Source: Ranitomeya imitator (taxonomy: Eukaryota). From it: a stretch of DNA of 64,000 bases. The notes beneath the pieces were generated by a model. That model worked only from the letters and a program-made list of their open reading frames with translations. It did not search any database and was not told where the DNA came from. The position numbers were made by a program, and so were the translations under genes. Location of the stretch: contig NC_091284.1 in assembly GCF_032444005.1 (NCBI RefSeq), forward strand, positions 772,086,001 through 772,150,000, given 5' to 3'. Numbering within the stretch: position 1 is the first letter of the stretch; every line of letters starts with the position of its first letter. Of this stretch, positions 20,841 to 35,185 are shown piece by piece.

Positions 20841-23800
20841 ACACAGATGTACATGGGATGTATACAGGGATCTGCACAGGGGTGTACATGGGATGTATAC
20901 AGGGATCTGCACAGGGGTGTACATGGGATGTATACAGGGATCTGCACAGGGGAGTACATGGGATGTATACAGGGATCTGCACAGGAGTGTACATGGGATG
21001 TATACAGCGATCTGCACAGGGGTGTACATGGGATGTATACAGGGATCTGCACAGGGGTGTACATGGGATGTATACAGCGATCTGCACAGGGGTGTACATG
21101 GGATGTATACAGGGATCTGCACAGGGGTGTACATGGGATGTATACAGCGATCTGCACAGGGGTGTACATGGGATGTATACAGCGATCTGCACAGGGGTGT
21201 ACATGGGATGTATACAGGGATCTGCACAGGGGTGTACATGGGATGTATACAGGGATCTGCACAGGGGTGTACATGGGATGTATACAGTGATCTGCACAGG
21301 GGAGTACATGGGATGTATACAGGGATCTGCACAGGAGTGTACATGGGATGTATACAGCGATCTGCACAGGGATGTACATGGGATGTATACAGGGATCTGC
21401 ACAGGGGTGTACATGTGATGTATACAGGGATCTGCACAGGGGTGTACATGGGATGTATACAGGGATCTGCACAGGGGTGTACATGGGATGTATACAGGGA
21501 TCTGCACAGGGGTGTACATGGGATGTATACAGGGATGTGCACAGGGATGTACATGGGATGTATACAGGGATCTGCACAGGCATATGCATGGGATGTATAC
21601 AGGGATCTGCACAGGGGTGTATATGGGATGTATACAGGGATCTGCACAGGGGTGTACATGGGATGTATACAGGGATCTGCACACGAATGTACATGGGATG
21701 TATACAGGGATCTGCACAGGCATATACATGTGATGTATACAGGGATGTGCACAGGCATATACATGGGATGTATACAGGGATCTGCACAGGAGTGTACATG
21801 GGATGTATACAGCGATCTGCACAGGGGTGTATATGGGATGTATACAGGGATCTGCACAGGGGTGTATATGGGATGTATACAGGGATCTGCACAGGGGTGT
21901 ACATGGGATGTATACAGGGATCTGCACACGAATGTACATGGGATGTATACAGGGATCTGCACAGGCATATACATGTGATGTATACAGGGATCTGCACAGG
22001 GGTGTACATGGGATGTATACAGGGATCTGCACAGGGGTGTACATGGGATGTATACAGGGATCTGCACACGAATGTACATGGGATGTATACAGGGATCTGC
22101 ACATGGGTGTACATGGGATGTATACAGGGATCTGCACACGAATGTACATGGGATGTATACAGGGATCTGCACAGGGGTGTACATGGGATGTATACAGGGA
22201 TCTGCACAGGGGTGTACATGGGATGTATACAGGGATCTGCACAGGGGTGTATATGGGATGTATACAGGGATCTGCACAGGGGTGTACATGGGATGTATAC
22301 AGGGATCTGCACAGGAGTGTACATGGGATGTATACAGGGATCTGCACAGGGGTGTACATGGGATGTATACAGGGATCTGCACAGGGGTGTACATGGGATG
22401 TATACAGGGATCTGCACAAGGGTTGTACATGGGATGTATACAGGGATCTGCACAGGAGTGTACATGGGATGTATACAGGGATCTGCACAGGGGTGTACAT
22501 GGGATGTATACAGGGATCTGCACAGGGGTGTACATGGGATGTATACAGCGATCTGCACAGGGGTGTACATGGGATGTATACAGGGATCTGCACAGGGGTG
22601 TACATGGGATGTATACAGGGATCTGCACAGGGGTGTACATGGGATGTATACAGCGATCTGCACAGGGGTGTACATGGGATGTATACAGGGATCTGCACAG
22701 GGGTGTACATGTGATGTATACAGGGATCTGCACAGGGGTGTACATGTGATGTATACAGGGATCTGCACAGGGGTGTACATGGGATGTATACAGCGATCTG
22801 CACAGGGGTGTACATGGGATGTATACAGGGATCTGCACAGGGATGTACATGTGATGTATACAGCGATCTGCACAGGGGTGTACATGGGATGTATACAGGG
22901 ATCTGCACAGGGGTGTACATGGGATGTATACAGGGATCTGCACACGAATGTACATGGGATGTATACAGGGATCTGCACAGGGGTGTACATGGGATGTATA
23001 CAGGGATCTGCACACGGATGTACATGGGATGTATACAGGGATCTGCACAGGGGTGTACATGGGATGTATACAGGGATCTGCACAGGGGTGTACATGGGAT
23101 GTATACAGGGATCTGCACAGGGGTGTACATGGGATGTATACAGGGATCTGCACAGGGGTGTACATGGGATGTATACAGGGATCTGCACAGGGGAGTACAT
23201 GGGATGTATACAGGGATCTGCACAGGAGTGTACATGGGATGTATACAGCGATCTGCACAGGGGTGTACATGGGATGTATACAGGGATCTGCACAGGGGTG
23301 TACATGGGATGTATACAGCGATCTGCACAGGGGTGTACATGGGATGTATACAGCGATCTGCACAGGGGTGTACATGGGATGTATACAGGGATCTGCACAG
23401 GGGTGTACATGGGATGTATACAGGGATCTGCACAGGGGTGTACATGGGATGTATACAGTGATCTGCACAGGATGTACATGGGATGTATACAGGGATCTGC
23501 ACAGGAGTGTACATGGGATGTATACAGGGATGTGCACAGGGATGTACATGGGATGTATACAGGGATCTGCACAGGGGTGTACATGTGATGTATACAGGGA
23601 TCTGCACAGGGGTGTACATGGGATGTATACAGGGATCTGCACAGGGGTGTACATGGGATGTATACAGGGATCTGCACAGGGGTGTACATGGGATGTATAC
23701 AGGGATGTGCACAGGGATGTACATGGGATGTATACAGGGATCTGCACAGGCATATGCATGGGATGTATACAGGGATCTGCACAGGGGTGTATATGGGATG

Positions 23801-25735
23801 TATACAGGGATCTGCACAGGGGTGTACATGGGATGTATACAGGGATCTGCACACGAATGTACATGGGATGTATACAGGGATCTGCACAGGCATATACATG
23901 TGATGTATACAGGGATGTGCATAGGCATATACATGGGATGTATACAGGGATCTGCACAGGAGTGTACATGGGATGTATACAGGGATCTGCACAGGGGTGT
24001 ATATGGGATGTATACAGGGATCTGCACAGGGGTGTACATGGGATGTATACAGGGATCTGCACACGAATGTACATGGGATGTATACAGGGATCTGCACAGG
24101 CATATACATGTGATGTATACAGGGATCTGCACAGGGGTGTACATGGGATGTATACAGGGATCTGCACAGGGGTGTACATGGGATGTATACAGGGATCTGC
24201 ACACGAATGTACATGGGATGTATACAGGGATCTGCACATGGGTGTACATGGGATGTATACAGGGATCTGCACACGAATGTACATGGGATGTATACAGGGA
24301 TCTGCACAGGGGTGTACATGGGATGTATACAGGGATCTGCACAGGGGTGTACATGGGATGTATACAGGGATCTGCACAGGGGTGTATATGGGATGTATAC
24401 AGGGATCTGCACAGGGGTGTACATGGGATGTATACAGGGATCTGCACAGGAGTGTACATGGGATGTATACAGGGATCTGCACAGGGGTGTACATGGGATG
24501 TATACAGGGATCTGCACAGGGGTGTACATGGGATGTATACAGGGATCTGCACAAGGGTTGTACATGGGATGTATACAGGGATCTGCACAGGAGTGTACAT
24601 GGGATGTATACAGGGATCTGCACAGGGGTGTACATGGGATGTATACAGGGATCTGCACAGGGGTGTACATGGGATGTATACAGGGATCTGCACAGGGGTG
24701 TACATGGGATGTATACAGGGATCTGCACAGGGGTGTACATGGGATGTATACAGGGATCTGCACAGGGGTGTACATGTGATGTATACAGGGATCTGCACAG
24801 GGGTGTACATGTGATGTATACAGGGATCTGCACAGGGGTGTACATGGGATGTATACAGCGATCTGCACAGGGGTGTACATGGGATGTATACAGGGATCTG
24901 CACAGGGATGTACATGTGATGTATACAGCGATCTGCACAGGGGTGTACATGGGATGTATACAGGGATCTGCACAGGGGTGTACATGGGATGTATACAGCG
25001 ATCTGCACAGGGGTGTACATGGGATGTATACAGCAATCTGCACAGGGGTGTACATGGGATGTATACAGGGATCTGCACAGGCATATACATGTGATGTATA
25101 CAGGGATCTGCACAGGAGTGTACATGTGATGTATACAGGGATCTGCACAGGGGTGTACATGGGATGTATACAGCGATCTGCACAGGGGTGTACATGGGAT
25201 GTATACAGGGATCTGCACAGGGGTGTACATGGGATGTATACAGCGATCTGCACAGGGGTGTACATGGGATGTATACAGGGATCTGCACAGGGGTGTACAT
25301 GGGATGTATACAGGGATCTGCACAGGGATGTACATGTGATGTATACAGCGATCTGCACAGGGGTGTACATGGGATGTATACAGGGATCTGCACAGGGGTG
25401 TACATGGGATGTATACAGGGATCTGCACAGGGGTGTACATGGGATGTATACAGGGATCTGCACAGAGATGTACATGTGATGTATACAGGGATCTGCACAG
25501 GAGTGTACATGTGATGTATACAGGGATCTGCACAGGGGTGTACATGGGATGTATACAGGGATCTGCACAGGGGTGTACATGGGATGTATACAGGGATCTG
25601 CACAGGGATGTACATGGGATGTATACAGGGATCTGCACAGGGGTGTACATGGGATGTATACAGGGATCTGCACAGGGGTGTACATGGGATGTATACAGGG
25701 ATCTGCACAGGGATGTACATGTGATCTGCACAAGG
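20841..25735. repeat. 35-bp minisatellite (gatgtatacagggatctgcacaggggtgtacatgg), about 140 units, in arhgap20 intron 1
   Basis: Direct tandem array; variant units recur at higher-order offsets of 2135/2170 bp. Confidence 0.98.
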
Positions 25736-25919
25736 ATGTACCCAGGGATGTACATGGGATGTAAAAAGCAATGTACATGGTATCTGTACAGGGATGTACA
25801 CAGGGATATACCGGTACTCTACACAGGGATGTACACAGAGAGGTACGCAGGGATTTACAAAGGGATGTACACAAATATAGACACAGGGATATAGACAGGA
25901 ATGTACAGTGATATCCATG

Positions 25920-26190
25920 GGTGTACACAAATATACACACAGGGATGTGCACAAATATACACACAGGGATGTGCACAAATATACACGTATGGATGTGCAC
26001 AAATATACACACAGGGATGTGCACAAATATACACACAGGGACGTGCACCAATATACACAGGGATGTGCACAAATATACACACAGGGATGTACACAAATAT
26101 ACACACAGGGATGTACACAAATATACACACAGGGATGTGCGCAAATATACACACAGGGATGTGCACAAATATACACAGGGATGTGCACAG
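25920..26190. repeat. 24-bp minisatellite (acagggatgtgcacaaatatacac) adjoining the 35-mer array
   Basis: Tandem units sharing cagggatgtgcaca with variant 35-mers. Confidence 0.9.
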
Positions 26191-26658
26191 ACATATAGTC
26201 AGTGATGTACATAGGGAGGGAGGGAGCTGCATCCGGTTTTTACCTTTTCACTATTTTACCTTTTCACTGCTTCATATGAGAAACCCTTATTTATAACAAC
26301 TCACACATCATTTCCACTTTCGGGATGAAGCAGAGCTGATTTTGTCATTTCACTGTTACCTTTCTGCTCCCTGCAAATATTTAATCTGAAGATTTCAGGA
26401 ATCTCACACATGACAGGTTGTGATGCCATGATGACTTGTGCCTATAGCAATCTTGGCTCTGCTGCATCTCTACATAATCAGGGTGTTTTTTTTTTTATTA
26501 TCGCTTGGTTAGTAAATGCATTTCCTCTATCCTTGGAATTATGCAATAGAAAAAGGGAAATTGTCTGTATACAGAGGCTGAAACATGTGCTGTGTTGTGG
26601 GGCACTGTTAACTCAAAAGTGACTGGACATTCTTTAATACACAATATTATGACACATT

Positions 26659-26923
26659 CAGGCTCAGACTGGCCCATAGGGTTACAGGGTAATCCCCCAG
26701 TGGGCCCCTGTGCAGATCTGGGCCCCCAACCCTACTTGGCATAATTCGATTGATTCTGTATAGAAAAAAGCAACATCTCATCATTCATTAATCAAACTAC
26801 CCAGTTTATTATTATATAGAGATATAGGTAAATTCGTTAACGAGGGTAGTGTAATATTTATATGCAAGTGGGCCCCCAAAGTCAGTGTTACTGGTGGGCC
26901 CTTGGCGCCGCAGTCCGACACTG
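26659..26923. mobile_element. hAT-type MITE
   Basis: Termini caggctcagactgg / cagtccgacactg; same family as 58715-58981. Confidence 0.65.
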
Positions 26924-29749
26924 AACATTTTACACAATTTAATACAATATTATCACATAATGTACAATAATATAACACAGTGCAAACATAAAACACAATA
27001 TTGTAATGCAATACACAATATTATAGAAGAATATGCAATAATATGTAATGACACGATTGTGTTAGGTGTGATTTGTATCATTATATATGAGGGAGTCCCG
27101 GTTAGGGCTGGTTGACACATGGAAAAGAATGGACAGTACTCAGACCAATGTTATTCAATGGGCCAGAGCAGATGAGCGATTTTTGTCACCCATTTAATGG
27201 ATGTGCAAATAAAATCAGATCCCATATGGAGCCACAGTAAAGTATCCGTTTTTTATGGGTACATTGCAATTCTGTACCAGGAAACTGTAAATTGTCCTAT
27301 AAATGATTAATCGCGGCTGTAAATAAACAGATTGTACACTGAAGACAAGGGAGAAAAAAGTCCCACTTTTCCGGATGAAACTGAATGATACTTCATACTT
27401 TCGGGTGTACCGACCCTCATAGCAAACCTTTTTTACATGGAATTCCCTTAACGGGTCTCCACTACTAGGACAACCTCTTCTCAATCTTAATGTTTGGCCC
27501 CCATGAAATAAAAAAAGCCTATATTCACCTCCCGTGCCGGCACCGTTCCAGCAGTGTCGTCCCTCACTGTCCCGGAGCTCTCATATGGTTGTTTTGAGGC
27601 ATGAGCCCGGTGGCCAATCAGTCGAAGGCAGAGACAGTGACGCCAACACTGATTGGGTGCCAGGGTCACGTGTCATGCAGCTGCACAAGAGTCCTGGGAC
27701 TGTGAGGGCTGACACCGCAGGAACGGTGCCGGCAAGGGAGGCGAGTATAAGCTTTTTTATTTTATCCGGGCCAACCGGAGAAGACGTTGTCCTAGTAGTG
27801 GACAGCCCATTTATTTTCTCATTAATGACACATTATTATACACTGTATATATATCATATATTACTTTCTGGATTATGGGTAGTTCAATAAAACTCGCATA
27901 AAAAGTCACCTGTAAAATGAAGTCGTTCTGCAAAACAGAAGTGGTCAATTTTGCTTTTAAACTCTAGTTTGTAGTCACCTTGTGATGGGGTTTGAGTGAT
28001 GATATAATATCAGAATTATTTTTCTTAAAAACAGGTAAGGCATTTAAAGAGAAAAAGGATTATTGTGATTTATTAATGCATTCATTATTTTATAGCGCCA
28101 ACATACTTCACAGCGCCATCATCGCTCCGTGTATCTGGAAATCTGAATTCAAAATGAAAGATCAGAACAAGTTTGACCAAAAGCAAGTAAAGTGATAATG
28201 GAGATCCCACTATCCCCGATCACTTTATTGCCACTGCTCCTGTGCTGCCGGCGGGTCTTTGTTTGCTTGGCTTCAGTGATGACGTGCCGTTCACACACGA
28301 CCTCTGCAGCCAATCACTGCCTCGGTGACCTGTGCTGTAGACCACTGCAGCCAATGATTGGCTGCACCAGCCCTCGTGTGAATAAAGAGCGGAAGGGATC
28401 ACAAGTGCGGGAGCGCTTGAGCAGCGGTGGTTTTATTGGTGAACATAGATTATTTTGCCATCGCAGTTTATGACATCACTATATACCTGTCTTTGGCCAA
28501 TTGTTTTTTGATCTCACAAAATCCTTTAAGCTATTACTGTGTTTTTAGGAGTACAGGAGAAGAACATACAAATCATGCAATCATGTTACAGGTTTAGAGG
28601 TGGCAATGTGCATCAGAAGGGACCCAGCAAATGGAGCTTTGATAGCAGCAGATAAACCTGGGTAACAGCTGTATAGCACAGCTCCTGAGTCTGGTCCATA
28701 CATGTGGTCCACCATACTTCTACAGCAGATGTCAGAAGTTGGAACCTGGGCAGAGTAAGCTTGCACTCTTGACCCTTGCCCAGTCTTGGCGAGTGCTGGC
28801 AGAAGTCCTGGGCCAACGGACCACCTCCACATTTGCTAGCAATGCAATCCATCCACAGATGGAAGTCCATCCAGTTCTCCCAAAATGATGGAAAATGTCT
28901 AATTTTCTTACATCTTTGATGGAAATTGCAATCTCTTGAGTGGCTCTGTGCACATGAGTTATTTGAGGAGTGTTTGGAGCAGAAACTGAGAGGAAACTGA
29001 ACGGAAATTCTCCAAATCCTCCTCCAATTCTCCAAACTCTTCAAAAACTTGGAGGTTCTGCTTAGTTTCTGTTTTGAAAGCCCAGCAAAAAAGCCTCTGT
29101 GTGCACATAGCCATTCACGACTGATGTGATGTGAGATAAATTGGTTCTACCAGTCATTGAATACCAGTATTAATAAGTGAAACGTTGGGCACATTAATGG
29201 TCTCTCTATGATTGTGAGATCTTGAATGAGGCTTCTTAGACACTTCTCATATGACCCTCAGCATCCTGCAGCTTAGGGAGATCCCAGTCCAGGATTTCTA
29301 GAAGACTTTCATATATATAGCTTGTGGTAGATAAAAGTGCAATGATTGCCAGACATGTCCTCATTTATGTCAGGATTGCAGCATTCATCTCCATGAGATC
29401 TGTCGGGAGGGAAACCTGTTATACCAGCTATGTCCATCCTGTGCCGTACATCTCTGCTCTGATCTCCGTGTCTGCACTGCTCTACTGTTTAGTTTAATTA
29501 AAATGAGTGGTAATTCTGTGTTTATCTAGAAGGCAGCGCCGCATTGTCATCGTCATTGCAGAAACCATTGGTGTGTTGTTTGTAGAGTACCTGCCACACT
29601 ATGGCGGATGCTCGCTTTACAGACATCCCTCACATGACTGTAAATGGCTTGTAGCAAGATTTGGTGACAGCAGGCACTGAGAATTCATTTTGCACAGTGA
29701 GGATCCCATCCAAACATTCATATAAAGCCTGTACTAGGAGAAACAATAC

Positions 29750-30215
29750 CTGTGCCATCAGTGTTTTGCATCAGGGTGCCATCAGTGTGCCATCAGTGTG
29801 CCATCAGTGTGCCATCCATGAGCCATCAGTGTTTTGCATCAGTATGCCATCAGTGTGTCATCAGTGTGCCATCCATGAGCCATCAGTGTGTCATCAGTGT
29901 GCCATCCATGAGCCATCAGTGTGCCATCAGTATGCCATCAGTGTGTCATCAGTGTGCCATCCATGAGCCATCAGTGTTTTGCATCAGTATGCCATCAGTG
30001 TGTCATCAGTGTGCCATCCATGAGCCATCAGTGTGTCATCAGTGTGCCATCCATGAGCCATCAGTGTGCCATCAGTATGCCATCAGTGTGTCATCAGTGT
30101 GCCATCCATGAGCCATCAGTGTGTCATCAGTGTGCCATCCATGAGCCATCAGTGTGCCATCAGTATGCCATCAGTGTGTCATCAGTGTGCCATCCATGAG
30201 CCATCAGTGTTTTTC
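29750..30215. repeat. ccatcagtgtg-based minisatellite (11-bp core, about 33-bp higher unit)
   Basis: Tandem units; followed by a MITE-like end ...gtgaaggaggccTAA near 30530. Confidence 0.9.
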
Positions 30216-30574
30216 CAGTATGGCAAAGATAATAGAAATTACAAAGCTTCTCCTATACTTTGCAATGTTAAACATGTACAGCACATGGACTGCACACTGA
30301 TGCCATCCATGTGCTGTTTTAAACTGAGTCATAAATTTGCATTGACCCCTGATATTTGTGATGCCTGTAGAAAACGGACATGTCTCCATGTAGTTTGCAT
30401 GGACACATGGTCTGTGTAAAAAAAAAAAACGTGCACATGTGTACAGCTGCATAGATTATAATGGTTACATGTGGTATTCATGAAAAAAATGGATGCCATA
30501 TGTACTACAAACATGGACATGTGAAGGAGGCCTAAGGTGCAGACCAAACAGTACAGCCTATAATGAAGCATGGC

Positions 30575-30910
30575 GGAAACTCATTCATGCTTACAATGAA
30601 GCATGGCAGTAGCATTTGTGATGCCGACAGTGAAGCATGGCAGTAGCATTTGTGATGCCGACAGTGAAGCATGGCAGTAGCATTTGTGATGCCGACAGTG
30701 AAGCATGTCGGTGGCTCGGTCATGCTAACAGTGAAGCATAACGGTGGCTCAGTGATGCCTACAGTGAAGCATGGCAGTAGCATTTGTGATGCCAACAGTG
30801 AAGCATGTCGGTGGCTCGGTCATGCTAACAGTGAAGCATAACGGTGGCTCAGTGATGCCTACAGTGAAGCATGGCAGTAGTTCGGTGATGCCTACACTGA
30901 AGCATGGCGG
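30575..30910. repeat. 34-bp minisatellite (gcatggcagtagcatttgtgatgccgacagtgaa)
   Basis: Tandem units, two alternating variants. Confidence 0.88.
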
Positions 30911-30979
30911 TGACTCAGATATAGTCTGGAGATGTTTTACTTCATGTGGCACTGGAAACCCCCCAAGGCTTTGTTTCAG

Positions 30980-31210
30980 AAGATTCGGGAGTAGTCGTCA
31001 CAGTTGCCTGACATGAACTCCATAGAAATGATTTGGTGGGGAGGAATGTGAATAAGACAATTGCACCTCCCAAATCTAGGACTATTAGTGACCTGGAGTC
31101 CATTATCCATGAGCAATGGGTTAAGATTCCTCAGGAATGCTGGCAGATGCTGGTGTCTGGGTTGGCATTATATTTGCAACAGGTTATAAGAGCTTACTAA
31201 GTACTGACGA
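30980..31210 (+). pseudogene. Old Tc1 transposase C-terminal remnant
   Basis: SSQLPDMNSIEMIW (approximates WPSQSPDLNPIENLW), ...EQWVKIPQE...QMLVSG...LQQVI..., ending TKY-like. Confidence 0.7.
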
Positions 31211-32194
31211 CGCTTTTCATGGCGCGGCGAAAGATTCTGATACTGCTGTGGTCGGTAAAAGTTGCATTTTCCACTGAATGTGGAGAAACCACTTGTTATA
31301 TAAGTGGTGTTCAACTACTTACATTGCCTTTTTTTAATTGGTTTATACATTTTGCCAATAAACCTAATTTGTAATTGGGGTTGTATTGTATCATTTTGAT
31401 TGCAACTATAAATCTTTCTGCTGTATGTTGTCTTCTCCAACCCCAGGGTGCAAATTTTGAGATCATAGCTGCCAGTATCATACTACTTAGCGATATAACA
31501 TTAACCAGTTGTTAGGGATGCACTGACTAGCTCCAAAGAAAAGCCTGTCCGGCACAGATCGGCTGTCCTGTTTACAGCTGGATTGACACAGCAGAGAAGG
31601 AAAAAGCAGCTTGGCAGACACCATGTCCTACAATTCAAGAAAATATAAGGACCACAGGTTCTGAATAGTAGGGCACCCCCCAGTGATCAGCTGTCATTAG
31701 ACAGGGATCCCGGCAGCAACTGTGCAGTTTCTATACAGTGCCTCCGCAGGTGAAATTAGCATTACACATCACACCAGTGTCCATATAATGCACAGATGTG
31801 CTGGGTCCTCCAAAGAAAAAAATGCTATTTGTAAATGAGATTACCAAACAAGTGATTTAATTTAAAACCATTTTTAACAATTAAATGACAAAATTCAGCT
31901 CTGTTTCAACAGTTCTGTACATTGCACATATGAAGGTCTCTTACACTATAGACTATTATATATGAGACATACTACTAACCTCATCCACATATAGCTGTTG
32001 TTCACATGGGCAAATTAAAATGGCCTTTCAGTCATACTCCATTTACTTATATATTTACTATGCTTGGATTTTCCTTTTTCTTTTCCTGCTGTTTTTATTG
32101 TGTCCATTCAACTATTGCAAGAGCTTTTGCTGCTATAATCTAGTTTTGATGGTGAAGTAGTTATCAATAAAGCTGTGATAAAATTATACTGGCG

Positions 32195-33285
32195 GCTTTT
32201 GATGGACTTGTGGTGGATGAGCTGGACTTTATGTCTGCATTTATGGGCACCACAGCTGGTGGAGAAGCTGGACTTCATGTCTGCATTTTTGGGCACCACA
32301 TCTGGTGGAGGAGCTGGACTTCGTGTCTGCATTTTTGGGTACCACGTTTGGTGGAGAAGCTGGGCTTTATGTCTGCATTTATGGGCATCACAGCTGGTGG
32401 AGAAGCTGGACTTCATGTCTGCATTTATGGGTACCATGTCTGGTGGAGAAGCTGGACTTTATGTCTGCATTTTTGGGCATCACATCTGGTGGAGGAGCTG
32501 GACTTCGTGTCTGCATTTTTGGGTACCACGTTTGGTGGAGAAGCTGGACTTTATGTCTGCATTTATGGGCACCACGTCTGGTGGAGGAGCTGGACTTTAT
32601 GTCTGCATTTTTGGGTACCATGTCTGGTGGAGAAGCTGGACTTTATGTCTGCATTTATGGGTACCACGTCTGGTGGAGAAGCTGGACTTTATGTCTGCAT
32701 TTATGGGCACCACATCAGGTGGAGGAGCTGGACTTCATGTCTGCATTTTTGGGTACCACGTCTGGTGGAGAAGCTGGACTTTATGTCTGCATTTATGGAT
32801 ACCACGTCTGGCGGAGGAGCTGGACTTTATGTCTGCATTTATGGGCACCACAGCTGGTGGAGGAGCTGGACGTTTTGTCTGCATTTATGGGCACCACATC
32901 TGGTGGAGGAGCTGGACTTCATGTCTGCATTTTTGGGTACCACGTCTGGTGGAGAAGCTGGACTTTATGTCTGCATTTATGGGCACCACGTTTGGTGGAG
33001 AAGCTGGACTTCATGTCTGCATTTATGGGTACCATGTCTGGTGGAGAAGCTGGACTTTATGTCTGCATTTATGGGCACCACGTTTGGTGGAGAAGCTGGA
33101 CTTTTTGTCTGCATTTATGGGCACCACGTCTGGTGGAGAAGCTGGACTTTATGTCTGCATTTATGGGCACCACGTCTGGTGGAGAAGCTGGACTTCATGT
33201 CTGCATTTATGGGTACCATGTCTGGTGGAGAAGCTGGACTTTATGTCTGCATTTATGGGTACCATGTCTGGCGGAGGAGCTGAGC
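32195..33285. repeat. 46-bp minisatellite (gtctgcatttatgggcaccacgtctggtggagaagctggactttat), about 24 units
   Basis: Period 46 (e.g. 33061 to 33107). Confidence 0.97.
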
Positions 33286-34097
33286 AATATCACCACAGTT
33301 AACGTGCCAAGGAAGAAAGTGTTATCTGCATAAACTAATTGATATTTGACCCTTGGATTAAAATTAGAAGCCAAAGTCAAGAATTTCCCCAAAATAACAC
33401 AAAACAGCTGTAAATCCCCCATACACTGATATTTTTTTTTATTTTTGATGATACATTTTATTATTGTACAACTACAGTGCTGTCGGTTAATCCAAAAGGT
33501 TAATAAACCAGAATATTTAACCCCTTAATGACTGTCGATACGCCTTTTAACTGCGGCAGTTAAGGGTACTTGCCTCAGCAACCCTTTTTAACGGCGCTGA
33601 GAAATAAATGTATAGCACCCCGCTGAGTCGGAATCTCTCCGGGGTCTCAGCTACCATAGACCCCAGAGAACATGATTCGGGTTGGTTTTTACAAATCCCA
33701 TTGTTGCGATCGCCGTTGATAACGGAATAATGGCAAACGCATAAAAAAGGCAGATATCGCATTTAATTTCTCTCTCCTCTGATGTGATGACACATCAGAG
33801 GAGAGAGAAATGGGGTCCCCTGATCCCCTGGTACCTCAGTTGTCCCTGCAACCCCCCCGTAAAGTCCCCTGGGCTGCTGGCATCTTCTTCCGGGAGAAAA
33901 TTGCGGGTGCATGCCCAGTGCCGGCCGTCACCCAGCAACAATAGGAAATTTTTCCAATTGGTTCATTTTGATTACTGTGATAGACCCTATCACAGTGATT
34001 AAAATCAAAAACATTGTAAATCAAACTCCCCTTTATCATCCCCTTAGTTAGGTAAAAATAATAAAATTATAAAAAATAATTTATTTCCATTTTTCCA

Positions 34098-34560
34098 TTA
34101 GGGTTAGAGTTGGGCTAAAGTTAGATTTGGGCTAAAGTTAGGGTTGGGCTAAAGTTAGGGTTGGGGTTGGGCAAAAGTTAAGGTTGAGCTAAAGTTAGGG
34201 TTAGGCTAAGGTTAGGGTTGGGCTAAAGTTAGGGCTAGGGTTTGGCTAAAGTTAGGGTTAGGGTTGGGCTAAAGTTAGGGTTGGGCTAAAGTTAGGGTTG
34301 GGCTAGGGTTAGGGGTTGAGCTAGGGTTAGGGTTGTGGCTAGTGTTAGGATTGGGCTAAAGTTAGGGTTGAGCTAGGGTTAGGGTTGTGGTTATGGTTGG
34401 GATTACGGTTAGGGTTGGGATTAGGGTTAGGGGTGTGTTGGTGTTAGGGTTATGTTTGGGGTGTGTTGGGGTTAGGGTTGTGGTTAGGATTATGGTTAGG
34501 GTTGGGATTATGGTTAGGGGTGTGTTGGGGTTAAGGAAGGGGTTAGAATTGGGGTGGTTA
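34098..34560 (+). repeat. Telomere-like degenerate (TTAGGG)n array inside the piggyBac-like element
   Basis: Many TTAGGG units interleaved with ttgggctaaag, ttgtgg and gggatt variants. Confidence 0.9.
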
Positions 34561-35185
34561 TGCTGTTTGGGTACATCAGGGGGTCTCCAAATGTGACATG
34601 GCCCAACCATTGATTCCAGCCAGTTTTGCGTTCAAAAAGTCAAATGGTGCTCACTCCCTTCTGAGGCCTGCTGTGCGAACAAACAGTGGCTTTCCCCCAC
34701 ATATGGGGTATCGGCGTACTCAGGAGAAATTGCACAAGAAATTTTGTGGTCCATTTTCTCCTGATACCCTTCTGAAAATAAAAAAAAATTGGTTCCAAAG
34801 TATTTTTTTTGTGAAAAAAGTAAAATGTTCATTTTTTCCATCCACATTGCTTTAGTTCTCCTGAAGCAACTGAAGGGTTAATAAACTTCTTGAATGTGGT
34901 TTTTCGCACTTTGTGGGGTGCAGTTTTTAGAATGGTGTCACTTTTTTGGTATTTTGTGTTATATTGACCCCCAAACTCACTTCAAATGTGAGGTGGTGCC
35001 TAAAAAAAATGATTTTGTAAATTTTGTCAACTTAACCCTTATAATGTCCTACCCAAAAAAAATATGTTTCCAAAATTGTGCTGATGTTAAGTTGACATGT
35101 GGGAAATGTTACTTATTAACTATTTTGTGCGATATGACTCTCCGATTTAAGGGTACAAAAATTAAAAGTTTGAAAATTGCAGAAT

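Noticed and set aside
20770-26296. Giant ORFs of 1661, 1780 and 1812 aa and many plus-strand ORFs
   Set aside because: They arise because the 35-bp unit has no stop triplet and 35 is not a multiple of 3, so all frames give the same cyclic peptide. No domain, and no unique N- or C-terminus.
32175-33333. Three overlapping ORFs of about 350 aa, Trp/Cys-rich
   Set aside because: Translation of the 46-bp minisatellite in all frames.
34098-34560. True telomere or chromosome-fusion site
   Set aside because: Short, degenerate, single orientation and enclosed by the TIRs of a TTAA element.
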